This document shows positions 49,401-63,800 of a DNA stretch of 64,000 bases, in pieces. The DNA is from Eledone cirrhosa (Eukaryota), in NCBI GenBank assembly GCA_964016885.1, contig OZ024743.1, positions 258,416,001 through 258,480,000 on the forward strand, given 5' to 3'. Each line of letters opens with the position of its first letter. The first letter of the stretch is position 1. The translations under genes and the position numbers were made by a program. The notes under the pieces are model-generated. The model ran no database searches. It was not told the DNA's origin and was given only the letters and a program-made list of their open reading frames with translations.

Positions 49401-52400
49401 ATTACCATTGTCATCACTATTACCATTGTCATCACTATTATCATCGTCATCACTATTATCATTGTCATCACTATTACCATTGTCAACACTATTAGCATTG
49501 TCATCACTATTAGCATTGTCATCGCTATTACCATTGTCATCACTATTACCATTGTCATCACTATTCATTGTCATCACTATTACCATTGTCATCAATATTA
49601 CCATTGTCATCACTATTACCATTGTCATCACTATTCATTGTCATCAATATTACCATTGTCATCACTATTACCATTGTCATCACTATTACCATTGTCATCA
49701 CTATTAACATCATCATCACTATTACCATTGTCATCACTATTACCATTGTCATCACTATTCATTGTCATCACTATTATCATTGTCATCACTATTACTATTG
49801 TCATCACTATTCATTGTCATCACTATTACCATTGTCATCCCTATTACCATTGTCATCACAATTATCATTGTCATCACTATTATCATTGTCATCACTATTA
49901 CCATTGTCATCACTATTATTATTGTCATCACTATTACCATTGTCATCACTATTCATTGTCATCACTATTACCATTGTCATCCCTATTACAATTGTCATCA
50001 CTATTACCATCGTCATCACTATTATCATTGTCATCACTATTACCATTGTCATCACTATTACCATTGTCATTACTATTACCATTGTCATCACTATTATCAT
50101 TGTCATCACTATTACCATTGTCATCACTATTACCATTGTCATCACTATTATCATCGTCATCACTATTACCATTGTCATCACTATTACCATTGTCAGCACT
50201 ATTATCATTGTCATCAGTATTACCATTGTCATCACTATTATCATTGTCATCACTATTACCAATGTCATCACTATTACCATTGTCATCACTATTACCATTG
50301 TCATCACTATTACCATTGTCATCACTATTATCATCGTCATCACTATTACCATTGTCATCACTATTATCATCGTCATCACTATTACCATCGTCATCACTAT
50401 TATGGTCGTCATGACTATTAACTTTGTCATCACTATTACCATTGTCATCACTATTACCATCGTCATCACTATTATGGTCGTCATGACTATTAACTTTGTC
50501 ATCACTATTACCATTGTCATCACTATTACCATCGTCATCACTATTATCATTGTCATCACTATTATCATTGTCATCACTATTACCATTGTCATCACTATTA
50601 CCATTGTCATCACTATTATCATTGTCATCACTATTACCATTGTCATCACTATTATCATTTTCATCACTATTATCAACGTCATGACTATTATCATCGTCAT
50701 CACTATTCCCATTGTCATCACTATTACCATTGTCATCACTATTATCATTGTCATCACTATTATCATTGTCATCACTATTATCATTGTCATCTCTATTATC
50801 ATTGTCATCACTATTACCATTGTCATCACTATTACCATTGTCATCACTAGTATCATTGTCATCACTATTACCATCGTCATCACTATTATCATTGTCATCA
50901 CTATTACCATTGTCATCACTATTACCATTGTCATCACTATTACAATTGTCATCACTATTACCATTGTCATCACTATTAACATCATCATCACTATTACCAT
51001 TGTCATCACTATTACCATTGTCATCACTATTCATTGTCATAACTATTATCATTGTCATCACTATTACCATTGTCATCACTATTCATTGTCATCACTATTA
51101 CCATTGTCATCCCTATTACCATTGTCATCACTATTACCATTGTCATCACTATTATCATTGTCATCACTATTATCATTGTCATCACTATTACCATTGTCAT
51201 CACTATTATCATTGTCATCACTATTACCATTGTCATCACTATTATCATTGTCATCACTATTACCATTGTCATCACTATTATCATTGTCATCACTGTCATC
51301 ATTGTCATCACTATTACCATTGTCATCACTATTATCATTGTCATCACTATTACCATTGTCATCACTATTACCATTGTCATCACTATTACCATTGTCATCA
51401 CTATTACCATTGTCATCACTATTACCATTTTCATCACTATTATCATTGTCATCACTATTACCATTGTCATCGCTATTACCATTGTCATCACTATTACCAT
51501 TGTCATCATTATTACCATTGTCATCACTATTATCATTGTCATCACTATTACCATTGTCATGACAATTACCATTGTCATCACTATTACCATTGTCATCTCT
51601 ATTATCATTGTCATCACTATTATCATTGTCATCACTATTATCATTGTCATCACTATTATCATTGTCATCACTATTACCATTGTCATCACTATTACCATCG
51701 TCATCACTATTATCATTGTCATCACTATTACCATCGTCATCACTATTACCATTGTCATCACTATTATCATTGTCATCACTATTAACACCGTCATCACTAT
51801 TATCATTGTCATCACTATTACCATTGTCATCACTATTAACATTGTCATCACTATTACCATTGTCATCACTATTACCATTGTCATCACTATTCATTGTCAT
51901 CACTATTATCATCGTCATCACTATTACCATTGTCATCACTATTATCATCGTCATCACTATTACCATTGTCATCACTATTACCATTGTCATCACTATTATC
52001 ATTGTCATCACTATTATCATTGTCATCACTATTCATTGTCATCACTATTCATTGTCATCACTATTATCATTGTCATCACTATTCATTGTCATCACTATTA
52101 CCATTGTCATCACTATTATCAGTTTCATCACTATTACCATTGTCATCACTATTACCATTGTCATCACTATTACCATCGTCATCACTATTATCATTGTCAT
52201 CACTATTACCATTGTCATCACTATTACCATTGTCATCACTATTATCATCGTCATGACTATTACCATTGTCATCACTATTATCATTGTCATCACTATTACC
52301 ATCGTCATCACTATTACCATTGTCATCACTATTACCATTGTCATCACTATTATCATCGTCATCACTATTATCATTGTCATCACTATTACCATTGTCAACA

Positions 52401-55400
52401 CTATTAGCATTGTCATCACTATTAGCATTGTCATCGCTATTACCATTGTCATCACTATTACCATTGTCATCACTATTCATTGTCATCACTATTACCATTG
52501 TCATCAATATTACCATTGTCATCACTATTACCATTGTCATCACTATTCATTGTCATCAATATTACCATTGTCATCACTATTACCATTGTCATCACTATTA
52601 CCATTGTCATCACTATTAACATCATCATCACTATTACCATTGTCATCACTATTACCATTGTCATCACTATTCATTGTCATCACTATTATCATTGTCATCA
52701 CTATTACTATTGTCATCACTATTCATTGTCATCACTATTACCATTGTCATCCCTATTACCATTGTCATCACAATTATCATTGTCATCACTATTATCATTG
52801 TCATCACTATTACCATTGTCATCACTATTATTATTGTCATCACTATTACCATTGTCATCACTATTCATTGTCATCACTATTACCATTGTCATCCCTATTA
52901 CAATTGTCATCACTATTACCATCGTCATCACTATTATCATTGTCATCACTATTACCATTGTCATCACTATTACCATTGTCATTACTATTACCATTGTCAT
53001 CACTATTATCATTGTCATCACTATTACCATTGTCATCACTATTACCATTGTCATCACTATTATCATCGTCATCACTATTACCATTGTCATCACTATTACC
53101 ATTGTCAGCACTATTATCATTGTCATCAGTATTACCATTGTCATCACTATTATCATTGTCATCACTATTACCAATGTCATCACTATTACCATTGTCATCA
53201 CTATTACCATTGTCATCACTATTACCATTGTCATCACTATTATCATCGTCATCACTATTACCATTGTCATCACTATTATCATCGTCATCACTATTACCAT
53301 CGTCATCACTATTATGGTCGTCATGACTATTAACTTTGTCATCACTATTACCATTGTCATCACTATTACCATCGTCATCACTATTATCATTGTCATCACT
53401 ATTATCATTGTCATCACTATTACCATTGTCATCACTATTACCATTGTCATCACTATTATCATTGTCATCACTATTACCATTGTCATAACTATTACCATTG
53501 TCATCACTATTATCATCGTCATGACTATAACCATTGTCATCAGTATTACCATTGTCATCACTATTACCATTGTCATCACTATTATCATTGTCATCAGTAT
53601 TACCATTGTCATCACTATTATCATTGTCATCACTATTACCATTGTCATCACAATTACCATTGTCATCACTATTACCATTGTCATCACTATTATCATTGTC
53701 ATCAGTATTACCATTGTCATCACTATTACCATTGTCATCACTATTACCATTGTCATCACTATTACCATTGTCATCACTATTAACATTGTCATCACTATTA
53801 TCATTGTCATCACTATTACCATTGTCATCACTATTATCATTGTCATCACTATTATCATTGTCATCACTATTACCATTGTCATCACTATTAGCATTGTCAT
53901 CACTATTATCATTGTCATTACTATTACCATTGTCATTACTATTATCATTGTCATCACTATTATCATTGTCATCACTATTACCATTGTCATCACTATTATC
54001 ATTGTCATCACTATTACCATTGTCATCACTATTATCATTGTCATCACTATTACCATTGTCATCACTATTATCATTGTCATCACTATTACCATCGTCATCA
54101 CTATTATCATTGTCATTACTATTACCATTATCATCACTATTATCATTGTCATCACTATTACCATCGTCATCACTATTATCATTGTCATCACTATTACCAT
54201 TGTCATCACTATTACCATTGTCATCACTATTATCATCGTCTTGACTATTACCATTGTCATCACTATTATCATTGTCATCACTATTACCATCGTCATCACT
54301 ATTACCATTGTCATCACTATTACCATTGTCATCACTATTATCATCGTCATCACTATTATCATTGTCATCACTATTACCATTGTCAACACTATTAGCATTG
54401 TCATCACTATTACCATTGTCATCACTATTATCATCGTCATGACTATTACCAGTCATCACTATTATCATTGTCATCACTATTACCATCGTCATCACTATTA
54501 CCATTGTCATCACTATTACCATTGTCATCACTATTATCATCGTCATCACTATTATCATTGTCATCACTATTACCATTGTCATCGCTATTACCATTGTCAT
54601 CACTATTACCATTGTCATCACTATTACCATTGTCATCACTATTCATTGTCATCACTATTACCATTGTCATCACTATTACCATAGTCATCACTATTCATTG
54701 TCATCAATATTACCATTGTCATCACTATTACCATTGTCATCACTATTACCATTGTCATCACTATTAACATCATCATCACTATTACGATTGTCATCACTAT
54801 TACCATTGTCATCACTATTCATTGTCATCACTATTATCATTGTCATCACTATTACCATTGTCATCACTATTCATTGTCATCACTATTACCATTGTCATCC
54901 CTATTACCATTGTCATCACAATTATCATTGTCATCACTATTATCATTGTCATCACTATTACCATTGTCATCACTATTATTATTGTCATCACTATTACCAT
55001 TGTCATCCCTATTACAATTGTCATCACTATTACCATCGTCATCACTATTATCATTGTCATCACTATTACCATTGTCATCACTATTACCATTGTCATCACT
55101 ATTACAATTGTCATCACTATTACCATTGTCATCACTATTAACATCATCATCACTATTACCATTGTCATCACTATTACCATTGTCGTCACTATTCATTGTC
55201 ATAACTATTATCATTGTCATCACTATTACCATTGTCATCACTATTCATTGTCATCACTATTACCATTGTCATCCCTATTACCATTGTCATTACTATTATC
55301 ATTGTCATCACTATTATCATTGTCATCACTATTACCATTGTCATCACTATTATCATTGTCATCACTATTACCATTGTCATCACTATTCATTGTCATCACT

Positions 55401-58400
55401 ATTACCATTGTCATCCCTATTACAATTGTCATCACTATTACCATTGTCATCACTATTACCATTGTCATCACTATTACCATTGTCATCACTATTATCATTG
55501 TCATCACTATTATCATTGTCATCACTATTATCATTGTCATCACTATTATCATTGTCATCACTATTACCATCGTCATCACTATTATCATTGTCATCACTAT
55601 TATCATTATCATCACTATTACCATTGTCATCACTATTATCATTGTCATCACTATTACCATCGTCATCACTATTATCATTGTCATCACTATTACCATTGTC
55701 ATCACTATTACCATCGTCATCACTATTATCATTGTCATCACTATTACCATTGTCATCACTATTACCATTGTCATCACTATTATCATTGTCATCACTATTA
55801 TCATTGTCATCACTATTATCATTGTCATCACTATTATCATTGTCATCACTATTACCATTGTCATCACTATTACCATTGTCATCACTATTATCATTTTCAT
55901 CACTATTATCAACGTCATGACTATTATCATCGTCATCACTATTCCCATTGTCATCACTATTACCATTGTCATCACTATTATCATTGTCATCACTATTATC
56001 ATTGTCATCTCTATTATCATTGTCATCACTATTACCATTGTCATCACTATTACCATTGTCATCACTATTACCATTGTCATCACTATTATCATTGTCATCT
56101 CTATTATCATTGTCATCACTATTACCATTGTCATCACTATTACCATTGTCATCACTAGTATCATTGTCATCACTATTACCATCGTCATCACTATTATCAT
56201 TGTCATCACTATTACCATTGTCATCACTATTACCATTGTCATCACTATTACAATTGTCATCACTATTACCATTGTCATCACTATTAACATCATCATCACT
56301 ATTACCATTGTCATCACTATTACCATTGTCATCACTATTCATTGTCATAACTATTATCATTGTCATCACTATTACCATTGTCATCACTATTCATTGTCAT
56401 CACTATTACCATTGTCATCCCTATTACCATTGTCATCACTATTACCATTGTCATCACTATTATCATTGTCATCACTATTATCATTGTCATCACTATTACC
56501 ATTGTCATCACTATTATCATTGTCATCACTATTACCATTGTCATCACTATTATCATTGTCATCACTATTACCATTGTCATCACTATTATCATTGTCATCA
56601 CTGTCATCATTGTCATCACTATTACCATTGTCATCACTATTATCATTGTCATCACTATTACCATTGTCATCACTATTATCATCGTCATCACTATTACCAT
56701 TGTCATCACTATTACCATTGTCATCACTATTACCCTTGTCATCACTATTATCATCGTCATCACTATTACCATTGTCATCACTATTATCATCCTCATCACT
56801 ATTACCATTGTCATCACTATTACCCTCGTCATCACTATTATCATCGTCATCACTATTACCATTGTCATCACTATTACCATTGTCATCACTATTATCATTG
56901 TCATCACTATTATCATTGTCATCACTATTACTATCGTCATCACTATTACCATTGTCATCACTATTTTCATTGTCATCACTATTATCATTGTCATCACTAT
57001 TATCATTGTCATCACTATTACTATCTTCATCACTATTACCATTGTCATCACTATTACCATTGTCATCACTATTACCATTGTCATCACTATTACCATTGTC
57101 ATCACTATTACCATTGTCATCACTATTACCATTGTCATCACTATTACCATTTTCATCACTATTATCATTGTCATCACTATTATCATTGTCATCACTATTA
57201 TCATTGTCATCACTATTATCATTGTCATCACTATTACCATTGTCATCACTATTACCATTGTCATCACTATTATCATTTTCATCACTATTATCAACGTCAT
57301 GACTATTATCAACGTCATCACTATTACCATCGTCACCACTATTATCATTGTCATCACTATTACCATTGTCATCACTATTACCATCGTCATCACTATTATC
57401 ATTGTCATCACTATTACCATTGTCATCACTATTACCATTGTCATCACTATTATCATTGTCATCACTATTATCATTGTTATCACTATTATCATTGTCATCT
57501 CTATTATCATTGTCATCACTATTACCATTGTCATCACTATTACCATTGTCATCACTAGTATCATTGTCATCACTATTACCATCGTCATCACTATTATCAT
57601 TGTCATCACTATTACCATTGTCATCACTATTACCATTGTCATCACTATTACAATTGTCATCACTATTACCATTGTCATCACTATTAACATCATCATCACT
57701 ATTACCATTGTCATCACTATTACCATTGTCATCACTATTCATTGTCATAACTATTATCATTGTCATCACTATTACCATTGTCATCACTATTCATTGTCAT
57801 CACTATTACCATTGTCATCCCTATTACCATTGTCATCACTATTACCATTGTCATCACTATTATCATTGTCATCACTATTATCATTGTCATCACTATTACC
57901 ATTGTCATCACTATTATCATTGTCATCACTATTACCATTGTCATCACTATTATCATTGTCATCACTATTACCATTGTCATCACTATTATCATTGTCATCA
58001 CTGTCATCATTGTCATCAATATTACCATTGTCATCACTATTATCATTGTCATCACTATTACCATTGTCATCACTATTACCATTGTCATCACTATTACCCT
58101 TGTCATCACTATTATCATCGTCATCACTATTACCATTGTCATCACTATTATCATCCTCATCACTATTACCATTGTCATCACTATTACCCTTGTCATCACT
58201 ATTATCATCGTCATCACTATTACCATTGTCATCACTATTACCATTGTCATCACTATTATCATTGTCATCACTATTATCATTGTCATCACTATTACTATCG
58301 TCATCACTATTACCATTGTCATCACTATTTTCATTGTCATCACTATTATCATTGTCATCACTATTATCATTGTCATCACTATTACTATCGTCATCACTAT

Positions 58401-60800
58401 TACCATTGTCATCACTATTACCATTGTCATCACTATTACCATTGTCATCACTATTACCATTGTCATCACTATTACCATTGTCATCACTATTACCATTTTC
58501 ATCACTATTATCATTGTCATCACTATTACCATTGTCATCGCTATTACCATTGTCATCACTATTACCATTGTCATCATTATTACCATTGTCATCACTATTA
58601 TCATTGTCATCACTATTACCATTGTCATGACAATTACCATTGTCATCACTATTACCATTGTCATCTCTATTATCATTGTCATCACTATTATCATTGTCAT
58701 CACTATTATCATTGTCATCACTATTATCATTGTCATCACTATTACCATTGTCATCACTATTACCATCGTCATCACTATTATCATTGTCATCACTATTACC
58801 ATCGTCATCACTATTACCATTGTCATCACTATTATCATTGTCATCACTATTAACACCGTCATCACTATTATCATTGTCATCACTATTACCATTGTCATCA
58901 CTATTAACATTGTCATCACTATTACCATTGTCATCACTATTATCATTGTCATCACTATTACCATTGTCATCACTATTACCATTGTCATCACTATTATCAT
59001 TGTCATCACTATTATCATTGTCATCACTATTATCATTGTCACCACTATTACCATTGTCATCACTATTACCATTGTCATCACTATTACCATTGTCATCACT
59101 ATTCATTGTCATCACTATTACCATTGTCATCACTATTACCATTGTCATCACTATTAACAACATCATCACTATTTCGATTGTCATCACTATTACCATTGTC
59201 ATCACTATTCATTGTCATCACTATTATCATCGTCATCACTATTACCATTGTCATCACTATTATCATCGTCATCACTATTACCATTGTCATCACTATTACC
59301 ATTGTCATCACTATTATCATTGTCATCACTATTATCATTGTCATCACTATTCATTGTCATCACTATTCATTGTCATCACTATTATCATTGTCATCACTAT
59401 TCATTGTCATCACTATTACCATTGTCATCACTATTATCAGTTTCATCACTATTACCATTGTCATCACTATTACCATTGTCATCACTATTACCATCGTCAT
59501 CACTATTATCATTGTCATCACTATTACCATTGTCATCACTATTACCATTGTCATCACTATTATCATCGTCATGACTATTACCATTGTCATCACTATTATC
59601 ATTGTCATCACTATTATCATCGTCATCACTATTACCATTGTCATCACTATTACCATTGTCATCACTATTATCATCGTCATCACTATTATCATTGTCATCA
59701 CTATTACCATTGTCAACACTATTAGCATTGTCATCACTATTAGCATTGTCATCGCTATTACCATTGTCATCACTATTACCATTGTCATCACTATTCATTG
59801 TCATCACTATTACCATTGTCATCAATATTACCATTGTCATCACTATTACCATTGTCATCACTATTCATTGTCATCAATATTACCATTGTCATCACTATTA
59901 CCATTGTCATCACTATTACCATTGTCATCACTATTAACATCATCATCACTATTACCATTGTCATCACTATTACCATTGTCATCACTATTCATTGTCATCA
60001 CTATTATCATTGTCATCACTATTACTATTGTCATCACTATTCATTGTCATCACTATTACCATTGTCATCCCTATTACCATTGTCATCACAATTATCATTG
60101 TCATCACTATTATCATTGTCATCACTATTACCATTGTCATCACTATTATTATTGTCATCACTATTACCATTGTCATCACTATTCATTGTCATCACTATTA
60201 CCATTGTCATCCCTATTACAATTGTCATCACTATTACCATCGTCATCACTATTATCATTGTCATCACTATTACCATTGTCATCACTATTACCATTGTCAT
60301 TACTATTACCATTGTCATCACTATTATCATTGTCATCACTATTACCATTGTCATCACTATTACCATTGTCATCACTATTATCATCGTCATCACTATTACC
60401 ATTGTCATCACTATTACCATTGTCAGCACTATTATCATTGTCATCAGTATTACCATTGTCATCACTATTATCATTGTCATCACTATTACCAATGTCATCA
60501 CTATTACCATTGTCATCACTATTACCATTGTCATCACTATTACCATTGTCATCACTATTATCATCGTCATCACTATTACCATTGTCATCACTATTATCAT
60601 CGTCATCACTATTACCATCGTCATCACTATTATGGTCGTCATGACTATTAACTTTGTCATCACTATTACCATTGTCATCACTATTACCATCGTCATCACT
60701 ATTATCATTGTCATCACTATTATCATTGTCATCACTATTACCATTGTCATCACTATTACCATTGTCATCACTATTATCATTGTCATCACTATTACCATTG
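40430..60800. repeat. ~10.2-kb near-identical tandem duplication (~40430-50640 and ~50640-60800)
   Basis: Offsets are 10,212 (40500/50712, 42455/52667), then 10,230 after one 18-bp indel near 43.8 kb (44585/54815, 47505/57735, 49755/59985). Only a few single-base differences noticed. Confidence 0.93.
50401..50544. repeat. 72-bp (4-monomer) local tandem duplication
   Basis: TATGGTCGTCATGACTATTAACTTTG occurs at 50401 and again at 50473; it is single in the five other unit copies. Confidence 0.92.
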
Positions 60801-63800
60801 TCATAACTATTACCATTGTCATCACTATTATCATCGTCATGACTATAACCATTGTCATCAGTATTACCATTGTCATCACTATTACCATTGTCATCACTAT
60901 TATCATTGTCATCAGTATTACCATTGTCATCACTATTATCATTGTCATCACTATTACCATTGTCATCACAATTACCATTGTCATCACTATTACCATTGTC
61001 ATCACTATTATCATTGTCATCAGTATTACCATTGTCATCACTATTACCATTGTCATCACTATTACCATTGTCATCACTATTACCATTGTCATCACTATTA
61101 ACATTGTCATCACTATTATCATTGTCATCACTATTACCATTGTCATCACTATTATCATTGTCATCACTATTATCATTGTCATCACTATTACCATTGTCAT
61201 CACTATTAGCATTGTCATCACTATTATCATTGTCATTACTATTACCATTGTCATTACTATTATCATTGTCATCACTATTATCATTGTCATCACTATTACC
61301 ATTGTCATCACTATTATCATTGTCATCACTATTACCATTGTCATCACTATTATCATTGTCATCACTATTACCATTGTCATCACTATTATCATTGTCATCA
61401 CTATTACCATCGTCATCACTATTATCATTGTCATTACTATTACCATTGTCATCACTATTATCATTGTCATCACTATTACCATCGTCATCACTATTATCAT
61501 TGTCATCACTATTACCATTGTCATCACTATTACCATTGTAATCACTATTATCATCGTCTTGACTATTACCATTGTCATCACTATTATCATTGTCATCACT
61601 ATTACCATCGTCATCACTATTACCATTGTCATCACTATTACCATTGTCATCACTATTATCATCGTCATCACTATTATCATTGTCATCACTATTACCATTG
61701 TCAACACTATTAGCATTGTCATCACTATTACCATTGTCATCACTATTATCATCGTCATGACTATTACCAGTCATCACTATTATCATTGTCATCACTATTA
61801 CCATCGTCATCACTATTACCATTGTCATCACTATTACCATTGTCATCACTATTATCATCGTCATCACTATTATCATTGTCATCACTATTACCATTGTCAT
61901 CGCTATTACCATTGTCATCACTATTACCATTGTCATCACTATTACCATTGTCATCACTATTCATTGTCATCACTATTACCATTGTCATCACTATTACCAT
62001 AGTCATCACTATTCATTGTCATCAATATTACCATTGTCATCACTATTACCATTGTCATCACTATTACCATTGTCATCACTATTAACATCATCATCACTAT
62101 TACGATTGTCATCACTATTACCATTGTCATCACTATTCATTGTCATCACTATTATCATTGTCATCACTATTACCATTGTCATCACTATTCATTGTCATCA
62201 CTATTACCATTGTCATCCCTATTACCATTGTCATCACAATTATCATTGTCATCACTATTATCATTGTCATCACTATTACCATTGTCATCACTATTATTAT
62301 TGTCATCACTATTACCATTGTCATCACTATTCATTGTCATCACTATTACCATTGTCATCCCTATTACAATTGTCATCACTATTACCATCGTCATCACTAT
62401 TATCATTGTCATCACTATTACCATTGTCATCACTATTACCATTGTCATCACTATTACAATTGTCATCACTATTACCATTGTCATCACTATTAACATCATC
62501 ATCACTATTACCATTATCATCACTATTACCATTGTCGTCACTATTCATTGTCATAACTATTATCATTGTCATCACTATTACCATTGTCATCACTATTCAT
62601 TGTCATCACTATTACCATTGTCATCCCTATTACCATTGTCATTACTATTATCATTGTCATCACTATTATCATTGTCATCACTATTACCATTGTCATCACT
62701 ATTATCATTGTCATCACTATTACCATTGTCATCACTATTCATTGTCATCACTATTACCATTGTCATCCCTATTACAATTGTCATCACTATTACCATTGTC
62801 ATCACTATTACCATTGTCATCACTATTACCATTGTCATCACTATTATCATTGTCATCACTATTATCATTGTCATCACTATTATCATTGTCATCACTATTA
62901 TCATTGTCATCACTATTACCATCGTCATCACTATTATCATTGTCATCACTATTATCATTATCATCACTATTACCATTGTCATCACTATTATCATTGTCAT
63001 CACTATTACCATCGTCATCACTATTATCATTGTCATCACTATTACCATTGTCATCACTATTACCATCGTCATCACTATTATCATTGTCATCACTATTACC
63101 ATTGTCATCACTATTACCATTGTCATCACTATTATCATTGTCATCACTATTATCATTGTCATCACTATTATCATTGTCATCACTATTATCATTGTCATCA
63201 CTATTACCATTGTCATCACTATTACCATTGTCATCACTATTATCATTTTCATCACTATTATCAACGTCATGACTATTATCATCGTCATCACTATTCCCAT
63301 TGTCATCACTATTACCATTGTCATCACTATTATCATTGTCATCACTATTATCATTGTCATCACTATTATCATTGTCATCTCTATTATCATTGTCATCACT
63401 ATTACCATTGTCATCACTATTACCATTGTCATCACTAGTATCATTGTCATCACTATTACCATCGTCATCACTATTATCATTGTCATCACTATTACCATTG
63501 TCATCACTATTACCATTGTCATCACTATTACAATTGTCATCACTATTACCATTGTCATCACTATTAACATCATCATCACTATTACCATTGTCATCACTAT
63601 TACCATTGTCATCACTATTCATTGTCATAACTATTATCATTGTCATCACTATTACCATTGTCATCACTATTCATTGTCATCACTATTACCATTGTCATCC
63701 CTATTACCATTGTCATCACTATTACCATTGTCATCACTATTATCATTGTCATCACTATTATCATTGTCATCACTATTACCATTGTCATCACTATTATCAT

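Noticed and set aside
240-63667. Operon-like chain of minus-strand ORFs, each hydrophobic N-terminus plus acidic tail ending SDDNE-stop, abutting the next start
   Set aside because: Purely geometric: successive 2-bp deletions move the reading from the MTMVIV frame to the NSDD frame to the stop frame, and start codons occur every few bases.
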